Made by a program: the position numbers and the translations under genes. From a virus: DNA of 12,346 bases. The notes under the pieces are model-generated. The model was not told the origin of the DNA, ran no database searches, and was given only the letters and a program-made list of their open reading frames with translations. The stretch's first letter is position 1. Each line of letters starts with the position of its first letter. Positions 1 through 11,117 of the stretch are shown piece after piece. The stretch is from the UHGV virus genome UHGV-0322540; one strand, written 5' to 3'.

Positions 1-567
1 CTGTGAGCCATCATGACGCCGATGGAGCCTGTCCGGGCGGTCTGCGTGACCAGACGCCGGGAGGCGGCGCTGGCAAGCAGCTGACCTGCACTGCAGTTCA
101 TGTCGTTGGCCAGCGCCCATACCGGTTTTATGTCTCGCACACGGGCGATGATGTCAGCACAGTCAAATGCTCCCGCCACCATCCCGCCCGGTGTGTCCAT
201 ATCCAGCAGAATGCCGTCCACCATCGGATCGCTGGCAGCCTGTTGCAGACGGGCGATAATGCCGTTGTAACCGGTCATCCCCGAATACGGCTGTAGCGCC
301 CGCGTCCGGCTGACCAGCGTGCCGGAAACCGGCAGCACGGCGATGCCGTTCATGACCTGATAACTGCGGGCCTGTCGTGGTCCGTCATCATCAACGGATA
401 ACGCCAGCGCCGCGGGTGCCTCTCCGGCAGTCAGGCTGTCGCCGGACACCGCATCCGTCAGGCGGCTGATCCCAAGCTGGCCTGCAAGCGCACAAAAGAA
501 AACCCGCGCATAGGCGGGTTCAAGCATCAGCGGCTCATTAAAGGCCATACTGGCAATATGCGGGAGA

Positions 568-587
<20 letters not shown>
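1..587 (-). CDS. C: Prohead protease/scaffold gpC, N-terminal part only (C-terminus lies beyond the left edge)
   Basis: Minus-strand translation from a GTG at 587 gives VTAELRNLPHIASMAFNEPLMLEPAYARVFF..., and further in ...ALQPYSGMTGYNGIIARLQQ, matching lambda gpC as recalled. A strong AGGAGGAG Shine-Dalgarno precedes it. It overlaps the portal gene end by 20 nt as in lambda. Not in the ORF track as such because it runs off the window. Confidence 0.88.
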
Positions 588-4268
<3,681 letters not shown>

Positions 4269-4294
<26 letters not shown>

Positions 4295-4814
4295 TCAGCA
4301 ACCCCGGTATCAGTTCATCCAGCGCGGCTGCTTTGTTCATGGCTTTGATGATATCCCGTTTCAGGAAATCAACATGTCGGTTTTCCAGTTCCGGAAAACG
4401 CCGCTGCACCGACAGGGGGATCCCGTCGAGAATACTGGCAATTTCACCTGCGATCCGCGACAACACGAAAGTACAGAATGCGGTTTCCACCACTTCAGCG
4501 GAGTCTCTGGCATTCTTCAGTTCCTGTGCGTCGGCCTGCGCACGCGTAAGTCGATGGCGTTCGTACTCAATAGTCCCTGGCTGGAGATCTGCCTCGCTGG
4601 CCTGCCGCAGTTCTTCAACCTCCCGGCGCAGCTTTTCGTTCTCAATTTCAGCATCCCTTTCGGCATACCATTTTATGACGGCGGCAGAGTCATAAAGCAC
4701 CTCATTACCCTTGCCACCGCCTCGCAGAACGGGCATTCCCTGTTCCTGCCAGTTCTGAATGGTACGGATACTCGCGCCGAAAATGTCAGCCAGCTGCTTT
4801 TTGTTGACTTCCAT
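4269..4814 (-). CDS. nu1: Terminase small subunit Nu1
   Basis: 181-aa ORF MEVNKKQLADIFGASIRTIQNWQEQGMPVLRGGGKGNEVLYDSAAVIKWYAERDAEIENEKLRREVEEL..., recognised as lambda Nu1. Lies immediately beside cosB. Confidence 0.96.
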
Positions 4815-4837
4815 TGTTCATTCCACGGCCAAAAACA

Positions 4838-4953
4838 GAGAAAGGAAACGACAGAGGCCAAAAAGCTCGTTTTCAGCACCTGTCGTTTCCTTTCTTTTCA
4901 GGAGGTATTTTAAATAAAAACATTAAGTTACGACGAAGAAGAACGGAAATGCC
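4838..4953 (-). promoter_or_regulatory. cosB: Nu1-binding R elements R1 (4838-4856), R2 (4877-4894, inverted), R3 (4934-4953) with an AT-rich IHF-type site between R2 and R3
   Basis: Three copies of the CGTTTCC/GGAAACG core (one degenerate, GGAAATG) in the arrangement and spacing expected for lambda cosB between cosN and the Nu1 start. The sequence matches my recollection of the lambda left end. Confidence 0.75.
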
Positions 4954-4992
4954 TTAAACCGGAAAATTTTCATAAATAGCGAAAACCCGCGA

Positions 4993-5004
4993 GGTCGCCG
5001 CCCC
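4993..5004. other. cosN: 12-nt cohesive-end site (AGGTCGCCGCCC here, complement of lambda GGGCGGCGACCT); cosQ-side sequence follows to about 5060
   Basis: Exact 12-mer of the lambda cohesive end, flanked on one side by ...CGCGGGTTTTCG (lambda left end) and on the other by CGTAACCTGTCGGATC... (lambda right end), both in reverse complement. Confidence 0.9.
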
Positions 5005-5202
5005 GTAACCTGTCGGATCGCCGGAAAGGACCCGAAAAATGATAATAATTATCATCTACATGTCACAACGTGCATCTACGCCATCAAACCACGTCAAATA
5101 ATCAATTATGACGCAGGTATCGTATTAATTGATCTGCATCAACTTAACGTAAAAACAACTTCAGACAATACAAATCAGCGACACTGAATACGGGGCAACC
5201 TC

Positions 5203-5436
5203 ATGTCAACGAAGAACAGAACCCGCAGAACAACAACCCGCAACATCCGCTTTCCTAACCAAATGATTGAACAAATTAACATCGCTCTTGAGCAAAAAGG
5301 GTCTGGGAATTTCTCAGCCTGGGTCATTGAAGCCTGCCGCCGGAGACTGTGCTCAGAAAAAAGAGTTTCGCCTGAAGCAAACAAAGAAAAGAGTGACATT
5401 ACTGAATTGCTCAGAAAACAGGTTAGACCAGATTGA
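5203..5436 (+). CDS. Small ribbon-helix-helix (Arc/MetJ-type) DNA-binding protein, YlcI/YnfO-like (DUF3950-like)
   Basis: 77-aa ORF with a GGGG Shine-Dalgarno about 9 nt upstream. The segment RNIRFPNQMIEQINIALEQKGSGNFSAWVIEACRRRL fits the RHH pattern (strand, helix A, G-x-N turn, helix B), comparable to Arc FNLRWPREVLDLVRKVAEENGRSVNSEIYQRVMESF. Family name is from memory of small proteins next to Nu1 homologues in E. coli cryptic prophages. Confidence 0.6.
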   Translation: MSTKNRTRRTTTRNIRFPNQMIEQINIALEQKGSGNFSAWVIEACRRRLCSEKRVSPEANKEKSDITELLRKQVRPD

Positions 5437-5492
5437 AGCAATTTAGATAATCGTGCAGACTACGCCCCTCATATCACATGGAAGGTACTACA

Positions 5493-5903
5493 ATGGCTCA
5501 GGTTGCCATTTTTAAACAAATATTCGATAAAGTGCGAAATAATTTAAACTATCACTGGTTTTATTCTGAACTAAAACGTCACAATGTCTCACATTACATT
5601 TACTATTTAGCCACAGAGAATATTCATCTTGTTCTTGAAAACGATAATACGGTTTTAATAAAAGGACAGGGTAAGGTTGTAAATGTAAGATTTTCAAAAA
5701 ATAAATGCCTTATAGAAGCCACCTTAAAAGGATTCAAATCAGGAGAGTTATCATTTTACGAATACAGAAAAAATCTTGCTACAGCAGGGGTTTTCAGATG
5801 GATTACAAATATCCACGAAAACAAAAGGTATTACTATACCTTTGATAATTCATTACTCTTTACTGAGAACATTCAGAACACTACACAAATATTTCCGCAC
5901 TAA
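5493..5903 (+). CDS. DUF1398-like protein (YbcV/YdfO-like), function unknown
   Basis: ORF track gives 5478..5903, but the second ATG at 5493 has a GGAAGG Shine-Dalgarno about 9 nt upstream, giving 136 aa ([42 protein letters not shown]...). Strongly AT-rich compared with neighbours. Resemblance to YbcV/YdfO is from memory only. Confidence 0.62.
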   Translation: MAQVAIFKQIFDKVRNNLNYHWFYSELKRHNVSHYIYYLATENIHLVLENDNTVLIKGQGKVVNVRFSKNKCLIEATLKGFKSGELSFYEYRKNLATAGVFRWITNIHENKRYYYTFDNSLLFTENIQNTTQIFPH

Positions 5904-6252
5904 ATCATAACGTCCGGTTTCTTCCGTGCCAGAACCGGACTCGCTGGCATGATGAAATATGTGTACCCGGTAACCCCGGTGTGCATCGTTTTTGATTATT
6001 CCCGCACACTCGCGCAGAAGGAGTTCCCCGTCGGGCTACGGTCTCTGTTAATACGGGAATACGGCGACGATACAGCGCATGATGTGTCAGGCTTGAATGC
6101 CTTTATCCGTTAAAAGGGATATCAGTTAAGTTATCCCGTGCAGGGTATAAGCCATTATCAAGCCCACCCGTAGATGGGCTTTGTAATGGATAGCCGTTGC
6201 TCAGTTCTAGTAATGCTTTGATTTTTTCGATAACGCAGTTTTGCGTTTGCCA

Positions 6253-6774
6253 TCAGCACGCGATATCGAGAGTCAACTGCAGTTGCTCGCGCCAGTACTC
6301 AACATTTGCTTCAATAACCGGCTTATCCCATCGCCAGCGAGCCATCTCTCTTGCCCCATTGCTGGCTTTTGATTTCCGGTCATCGCGAATGCGACATGCT
6401 TGCTCATATTTCTGCTGCTCAGTCAGTTCACCGCGAAGCAGACTATCAATGTGCAGGTCGCACCACACAGCAAAACGAGCATCACACCAACGGGCAAATG
6501 CAACTGAAAGTTTTGGATGTAGCCACGTACCACCACCCCTGTCCTTTCGTGCCTTGCTGGTTTTTACATACCTCGATTGTGAGGGATGTAAAATTTGAGA
6601 TTCTTTCCCGGTCAACGCTTCGTCTAAAGCACGAACGTATTCAAGCGTTTCTGCCAAACGCATCCAGTTATCAATGCGTTTCCCAAATCTCTCAGCAACA
6701 CCTGTGACGTTGATCCAACCATCAGTGTTGAAACTGACAATTTCACCTTTGTAATTAAGTGGCACGATATTCAT
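6253..6774 (-). CDS. KilA-N domain (APSES-type DNA-binding) protein
   Basis: 173-aa ORF MNIVPLNYKGEIVSFNTDGWINVTGVAERFGKRIDNWMRLAETLEYVRALDE...GGGTWLHPKLSVAFARWCDARFAVWCD..., showing the characteristic KilA-N core (tW.hP.La..FA.W). AGGTAA Shine-Dalgarno-like sequence about 7 nt upstream. Same strand as, and downstream of, the lysis genes. Confidence 0.68.
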   Translation of the reverse strand: MNIVPLNYKGEIVSFNTDGWINVTGVAERFGKRIDNWMRLAETLEYVRALDEALTGKESQILHPSQSRYVKTSKARKDRGGGTWLHPKLSVAFARWCDARFAVWCDLHIDSLLRGELTEQQKYEQACRIRDDRKSKASNGAREMARWRWDKPVIEANVEYWREQLQLTLDIAC

Positions 6775-6889
6775 AACGTTTACCTACCATTTGAAATGAA
6801 CCTTTGCCGCACAGGAAACCAGCCCACCGAGGCTCGCCAGCACTAACTGGTATCCTCAAAGGCCCATTCCAAAGGGGCAGGTTCGGTGT

Positions 6890-6917
6890 AAAAAAAAACA
6901 TGCGTTGCGGTACGCAT
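6890..6917 (-). terminator. Candidate intrinsic terminator between Rz and the KilA-N gene
   Basis: On the minus strand: 6-bp stem ATGCGT / ACGCAT (6917-6912 and 6905-6900) with a 6-nt loop, then G and a run of nine T (6898-6890). Stem is short, so strength is uncertain. Confidence 0.45.
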
Positions 6918-6979
6918 TTATTGCAAAAAAGCCCCGCATCGCGAGGCTCATTAAATGGACTTTGTGATTTGCAAAAAAA

Positions 6980-7417
6980 TTATTTCAGACATTGCGTCCT
7001 GATGTACTCCTGCAGGTAGTTAACCTGCGCGGTTATCCTGTCGATTCCACTTCGGAGACGGTAATAATTGAGTTCAGCATCTGCTGTAAGTCTTGGGCTT
7101 TCTCCATCGCCCATGCTGCTGGCTCCGGTCTTTGACTTTGCACAGGAGGCGGCGACTTGCAGCCGCTTACGCCCAGCAGAAACATCATCACGGAGACTTT
7201 CGATAGTCGCGTTAGCATCAGCAAGTTCCTTTGTATATCTGGCATCGAGTTCTGCTACGTCACGTTGACGCTTCTGCATGTCAGCGATGATGGATGTGGC
7301 TTTGTCGCGCTGTTCTTTGTAGGTCATGGCGTTATCACGGTAATGATTAACAGCCCATGACAGGCAGACGATGATGCAGATAACCAGAGCGGAGATAATC
7401 GCAGTTACTCTGCTCAT
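6980..7417 (-). CDS. Rz: Rz, inner-membrane spanin (i-spanin)
   Basis: ORF track begins at MGAAMSRV...; from the internal Met the N-terminus [30 protein letters not shown] matches lambda Rz as recalled. That start (7417) overlaps the endolysin stop in an ATGA arrangement. About 145 aa with an N-terminal transmembrane segment and coiled-coil-like remainder. Confidence 0.9.
   Translation of the reverse strand: MSRVTAIISALVICIIVCLSWAVNHYRDNAMTYKEQRDKATSIIADMQKRQRDVAELDARYTKELADANATIESLRDDVSAGRKRLQVAASCAKSKTGASSMGDGESPRLTADAELNYYRLRSGIDRITAQVNYLQEYIRTQCLK
7033..7218 (-). CDS. Rz1: Rz1, outer-membrane lipoprotein spanin (o-spanin), embedded in Rz in the +1 frame
   Basis: ORF 7033..7245 lies entirely inside Rz in another frame. 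It contains a lipoprotein signal (..[19 protein letters not shown]|[14 protein letters not shown]..) with lipobox V-S-G-C and a proline-rich mature part typical of Rz1. The start at 7218 is my choice of Met and is uncertain. Confidence 0.75.
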   Translation of the reverse strand: MLTRLSKVSVMMFLLGVSGCKSPPPVQSQRPEPAAWAMEKAQDLQQMLNSIITVSEVESTG

Positions 7418-7917
7418 TGCTGCCCCCACAAACAGACTTCACGCTCAATCTCACGGCGAGTCATCAGCCCTTTCCATTGCTTACCGCCAGCATATGTCCA
7501 GCGACGTAGCTGATCACATGCGCCTTTGATATCGCCCTGGTTTATTTTGCGAAGAAGCGTCGATGTTCTGAAATTGCCAGCACCCACGTTGTAAACGAAT
7601 GAGTAAAGAGCGCCGCGCGTTGTTTCCGGTATATCGACTTTGATGTACGGGTTAATTTGTCTGGCGACCGTGGCAAGGTCTTTATTCAGGAGGGCTTTGC
7701 ATTCTGCTTCGGTATACGTTTTACCGAGCATGATGTCTTTTCCGGTGTGCCCGTGGCATACAGTCCATACACCAACAATATCTTTGTATGGTATGTAGCT
7801 GACACCTTCCAGACCATCGTTACCACTCGGTCCAGTGATTAACACAGATGCTATAGCAATAGCCCCGCCACTTATCGCCGCTATTACGCTATTTCGTAGT
7901 GCCGGTGACATTGCCAT
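7414..7917 (-). CDS. R: SAR endolysin (T4-lysozyme-like muramidase, glycoside hydrolase family 24 type), phage-21 R-like
   Basis: 167-aa [62 protein letters not shown]... The N-terminal Gly/Ala-rich weakly hydrophobic segment is a signal-anchor-release domain, followed by an E...D...T catalytic arrangement. Closely resembles the phage 21 endolysin as I recall it; it is not the lambda R transglycosylase. Confidence 0.9.
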   Translation of the reverse strand: MAMSPALRNSVIAAISGGAIAIASVLITGPSGNDGLEGVSYIPYKDIVGVWTVCHGHTGKDIMLGKTYTEAECKALLNKDLATVARQINPYIKVDIPETTRGALYSFVYNVGAGNFRTSTLLRKINQGDIKGACDQLRRWTYAGGKQWKGLMTRREIEREVCLWGQQ

Positions 7918-8092
7918 TCAATCTGTCCTCGCGCTCTTTGCGCTTGTAGTACCAGTTGATGCCAAATGTGCCGACAGTACAAAGAATACCAATGATGACA
8001 GCCCAGTCATTCAGGGAGAGAATGCCACCCATCGCAGTCAGTCCTCCGAAGCTGTAACTGAACCATTCTCTGATTTTGTCCATACGGTACAT
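7889..8092 (-). CDS. S: Class II holin, pinholin-like, with dual start (MYRM)
   Basis: 67-aa [60 protein letters not shown]... with two predicted transmembrane segments (the first Gly-rich) and a charged C-terminal tail. Two in-frame Met codons (8092 and 8083) are separated by a basic residue. It overlaps the endolysin start by 29 nt and is paired with a SAR endolysin. Confidence 0.82.
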   Translation of the reverse strand: MYRMDKIREWFSYSFGGLTAMGGILSLNDWAVIIGILCTVGTFGINWYYKRKEREDRLNGNVTGTTK

Positions 8093-8498
8093 GCTCTACC
8101 CCTTCATTGAGGGGATTTGCTCTATTTAATTAGGAATAAGGTCGATTACTGATAGAACAAATCCAGGCTACTGTGTTTAGTAATCAGATTTGTTCGTGAC
8201 CGATATGCACGGGCAAAACGGCAGGAGGTTGTTAGCGCGACCTCCTTCCACCCGCTTTCACGAAGATCATATGTAGAAGGCCGCAGCGTAACTATCACTG
8301 ATGAATTCAGGATAGCCAGTGGCTACGGCTCAGTTTGGGTCGTGCTGTTGCTGGGCGGCGATGACGTCTGTACGCATTTGGTGATCCGGTTCTGCTTCCG
8401 GTACTCGCTTAATTCAGCACAACGGAAAGAGCACTGGCTAACCAGGCTCGCCGACTCTTCACGATTATCGACTCAATGCTCTTACCTGTTGTACAGAT

Positions 8499-8556
8499 AT
8501 AAAAAATCCCGAAACCGTTATGCAGGCTCTAACTATTACCTGCGAACTGTTTCGGG
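8499..8556 (-). terminator. tR' intrinsic terminator (3' end of the 6S RNA)
   Basis: On the minus strand: stem CCCGAAAC (8556-8549) / GTTTCGGG (8515-8508) with an internally paired loop, then A and a T-run (8506-8499). Matches the lambda tR' region GGGATTTTTTATATCTG as recalled. Confidence 0.75.
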
Positions 8557-8693
8557 ATTGCATTTTGCAGACCTCTCAGCCTGCGATGGTTGGAGTTCCA
8601 GACGATACGTCGAAGTGACCAACTAGGCGGAATCGGTAGTAAGCGCCGCCTCTTTTTATCTCACTACCACAACGAGCGAATTAACCCATCGTT
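8499..8693 (-). ncRNA. 6S RNA: short pR'-initiated leader transcript ending at tR' (substrate for Q antitermination)
   Basis: Distance from the predicted pR' start (about 8693) to the tR' T-tract (about 8499) is about 195 nt, consistent with the roughly 194-nt lambda 6S RNA. Sequence is lambda-like throughout. Ends are approximate. Confidence 0.6.
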
Positions 8694-8699
8694 GGGTCA

Positions 8700-8728
8700 A
8701 ATTTACCCAACTTTATTCAAAAAGTCAA
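8700..8728 (-). promoter_or_regulatory. Late promoter pR' with overlapping qut site
   Basis: On the minus strand: -35 TTGACT (8728-8723), 17-bp spacer, -10 TAAATT (8705-8700), followed by the initial transcribed sequence ...TGACCCAACGATGGG... carrying the -10-like pause element. Matches the lambda pR'/qut arrangement as recalled, immediately downstream of Q. Confidence 0.65.
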
Positions 8729-8770
8729 TATCATGCCGTTAATATGTTGCCATCCGTGGCAATCATGCTG

Positions 8771-9394
8771 CTAACGTGTGACCGTATTCAAAATGCTGTC
8801 TGCGATTGACTCTTCTTTGTGGCATTGCACCACCAGAGCGTCATACAGCGGCTTAACAGTGCGTGACCAGGTGGGTTGAGTAAGGTTTGGGATTAGCATC
8901 GTCACAGCGCGATATGCTGCGCTTGCTGGCATCCTTGAATAGCCGACGCCTTTGCATCTTCCGCACTCTTTCTCGACAACTCTCCCCCACTGCTCTGTTT
9001 TGGCTATATCAACCGCACGGCCTGTACCGTGGCAATCTCTGCATCTTGCGCCCGGCGTAGCGGCACTACGGCAATAATCCGCATAAGCAAATGTTGCGAG
9101 CACTTGCAGTACCTTTGCCTTAGTATTTCCTTCAAGCTTTGCCACGCCACGGTATTTCCCCGATACCTTGTGTGCAAATTGCATCAGATAGTTGATAGCC
9201 TTTTGTTTGTCGTTCTGGCTGAGTTCATGCTTACCGCAGAATGCAGCCATTCCGAATCCGGCTTGTGATTGCGCCATCCCCATAGCAGCCATCACATCAG
9301 TACCGGAAAGGGAGTCAGAAGCCGTGGCCCGTGGTGAGTCGCTCATCATCGGGCTTTTTGGCGAATGAAATTTAGCTACGCTTTCGAGTCTCAT
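8771..9394 (-). CDS. Q: Late-gene antiterminator Q (lambda type)
   Basis: 207-aa [86 protein letters not shown]..., recognised as lambda Q (same length) with its Cys-rich zinc-binding region (CRDCHGTG...CGRCKG). Confidence 0.96.
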   Translation of the reverse strand: MRLESVAKFHSPKSPMMSDSPRATASDSLSGTDVMAAMGMAQSQAGFGMAAFCGKHELSQNDKQKAINYLMQFAHKVSGKYRGVAKLEGNTKAKVLQVLATFAYADYCRSAATPGARCRDCHGTGRAVDIAKTEQWGRVVEKECGRCKGVGYSRMPASAAYRAVTMLIPNLTQPTWSRTVKPLYDALVVQCHKEESIADSILNTVTR

Positions 9395-10056
9395 GCGCCT
9401 TCTCCCTGTACCTGAATCAATGTGAGGTTTCCGCAGAACACTGCTCCGGTATCGATATACATTTGGTTGGCAAACTTGAGTGGTTTCACTGCTGGCGTAT
9501 GACCAAAGATGAACGTGTCCGCTCCTTTGATTTCTTTTACGATCCCGTCTTGTGAGTTGCTGATTCGTTCGCGGTTCCAGATTACCTGCTGATGATCAAC
9601 TGGCTTTCCAAACTCGTATTCGTCACAAGGATAATCGGCGTGGCAGATGACATATTTTTTACCTTTGCTCACCAGTTCAATGATTAACGGAAGTTCATCT
9701 GCTTTATGGGCAAGAGCTTTAGCCAGAATTTCTTTGTCGTAATCGAGATTAAAGAACCAGCCACCGCCATTAAACAGCCAGTGATTGACGTTTCCACGCT
9801 CTGATAAGCCCTCAATCATCATTTGCTCATGGTTTCCACGTACAGCTCGGAACCAGGGGAATGTGATTAAATCCAGACATTCGACGTTCTCTGTACCGCG
9901 ATCGACCAAATCGCCAACCGAGATAAGCAGGTCTTTTTTGGTGTCAAATCCTATCGTCTCCAGTTTTTTCATCAGGTTCGTGTAGCATCCGTGCAGATCG
10001 CCAACTACCCAAATATTTCGGTATTTGCTGCCATCAATTCTTTCGTAATAGCGCAT
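9391..10056 (-). CDS. Ser/Thr protein phosphatase (lambda PPase, NinI/orf221)
   Basis: ORF track starts at 10131, but the true start is most likely [29 protein letters not shown]... at 10056, giving 221 aa with a GGAG Shine-Dalgarno upstream. Contains the GDLHG, GDLVDRG and GNHE metallophosphatase motifs. ATGA overlap with the Q start. Confidence 0.94.
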   Translation of the reverse strand: MRYYERIDGSKYRNIWVVGDLHGCYTNLMKKLETIGFDTKKDLLISVGDLVDRGTENVECLDLITFPWFRAVRGNHEQMMIEGLSERGNVNHWLFNGGGWFFNLDYDKEILAKALAHKADELPLIIELVSKGKKYVICHADYPCDEYEFGKPVDHQQVIWNRERISNSQDGIVKEIKGADTFIFGHTPAVKPLKFANQMYIDTGAVFCGNLTLIQVQGEGA

Positions 10057-10240
10057 CTCTTTCACTCCATCCGCGATGAACCATGAGAACGTCGTTGACG
10101 ATGGCGTGCATTTTCCCGTCTTTATCATCAACGTATTTTCTGACCGTGCCGCGACTACATTTCAGTCTGCGTGCTACTTCTGTCTGGTTTCCGTATGCTT
10201 CAACGAGCATGTCTGGAATGGTTTTTACTGAGAACGTCAT
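10034..10240 (-). CDS. ninH: NinH
   Basis: 68-aa [61 protein letters not shown]..., recognised as lambda NinH (same length, helix-turn-helix-like). Confidence 0.88.
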   Translation of the reverse strand: MTFSVKTIPDMLVEAYGNQTEVARRLKCSRGTVRKYVDDKDGKMHAIVNDVLMVHRGWSERDALLRKN

Positions 10241-10848
10241 GCGGCCTCACTTCTGCTATTTCGCAGGTCTTTGAGTTTCTGTTGGTACTCTGCCTTGATC
10301 GCCTTGCACTCTTCGATAGTCCAGCGATGGCGGTTATGGTTTGATTCGATTTCGTCTACTGCTTCCTGCCCGATGCGGCTAATCAGTTCGACGCGATACG
10401 GAACGAGATTTCCGCTTTTGTGCTGGTTGCACACCACGCATTGCTTGTGAATATTGCGTTCATCAAATCGGAGTTGAGGTGCCGCAGCAGTTGTCCGGTA
10501 ATGTCCGGCATCCCACTGAGCAGACGTGAGCGTTCCGCACGAGATACATGGTAAGTCGCGGTCTCTTTCTCTGATGAAGGCGTTTACGGCTTGTTGGGCT
10601 TGTTTAATCCAGTAACTGCGGGGCTTTAAGGCGAGTTTTCGAATCTTAAGTTTATCTTTCTGTTTCTGCTCCTCTCGTCGTCGTTTCTTTTCTGCTGCTT
10701 TTTCCGCTTTTTCGCGTTCTTTGCTTCGTCGTTCGAGTGCTATCTTGGTTCCACACTCTGGAGAGCACCACCACTGATTAGCGAATGCAGGGTGAAACCA
10801 TTCCCGGCATTCATCGTTTTTACATCGTCTTCGCGCTGGTTTAGCCAT
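10237..10848 (-). CDS. ninG: NinG (Rap, recombination-associated structure-specific endonuclease family)
   Basis: 203-aa [61 protein letters not shown]..., recognised as lambda NinG/Rap with multiple Cys clusters. Confidence 0.9.
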   Translation of the reverse strand: MAKPARRRCKNDECREWFHPAFANQWWCSPECGTKIALERRSKEREKAEKAAEKKRRREEQKQKDKLKIRKLALKPRSYWIKQAQQAVNAFIRERDRDLPCISCGTLTSAQWDAGHYRTTAAAPQLRFDERNIHKQCVVCNQHKSGNLVPYRVELISRIGQEAVDEIESNHNRHRWTIEECKAIKAEYQQKLKDLRNSRSEAA

Positions 10849-11117
10849 TATGGTTCGCTCCAGTAATTCTCAATTGCAGCAGCCATTCTCTGCATCCACT
10901 CAGCCAGCTTTAACGCGGCTTCTCTTTCAGAACCACATTTAGGGAAATCCTTCATTTCCATGCTGGCCTTATATGTTCTGAATGCCAGGTCTCCGGTAAT
11001 AACCAACTCCTGATCAAGCACCGAGCGTTTATTCCGATGTTGAACGTAATAGACAGATTCAGTCCGCATTTCTTCTCTGTCTTTTTTGAAGGAAATAAGC
11101 TCAGAGAAATCACTCAT
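10848..11117 (-). CDS. Hypothetical 89-aa protein, no family recognised
   Basis: [92 protein letters not shown]. Its stop overlaps the ninG start (TAATG), and its ATG overlaps the ninF end (ATGAGTGA), so it fits operon-style translational coupling. Lambda has no gene at this position as far as I recall. Confidence 0.55.
   Translation of the reverse strand: MSDFSELISFKKDREEMRTESVYYVQHRNKRSVLDQELVITGDLAFRTYKASMEMKDFPKCGSEREAALKLAEWMQRMAAAIENYWSEP

Noticed and set aside
3-296. 97-aa plus-strand ORF at the left edge
   Set aside because: Lies antisense within the gpC coding region, whose minus-strand translation matches lambda gpC; no ribosome-binding site or recognisable protein features.
4374-4913. 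179-aa plus-strand ORF
   Set aside because: Antisense to Nu1 and running into cosB; lambda has no gene here.
5041-5053. Perfect inverted repeat GATAAT-A-ATTATC, considered as a possible operator for the adjacent RHH gene
   Set aside because: As far as I recall this palindrome belongs to the conserved lambda right-end (cosQ-side) sequence, so cos function explains it; an operator role is not excluded but is not needed.
6197-6707. Plus-strand ORFs 6197..6598 and 6351..6707
   Set aside because: Antisense within the KilA-N gene; Cys/Ser/Arg-rich low-complexity translations.
6253-6774. KilA-N protein as a BstA-like abortive-infection defence protein
   Set aside because: BstA-type proteins are about 300 aa with a large C-terminal domain and are expressed from the prophage; this protein is 173 aa and sits in the late operon. 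Only the generic KilA-N call is kept.
8342-8626. 94-aa plus-strand ORF in the Q-to-holin interval
   Set aside because: Overlaps the tR' terminator and 6S RNA region on the opposite strand; this interval is non-coding in lambda and the ORF has no ribosome-binding site.
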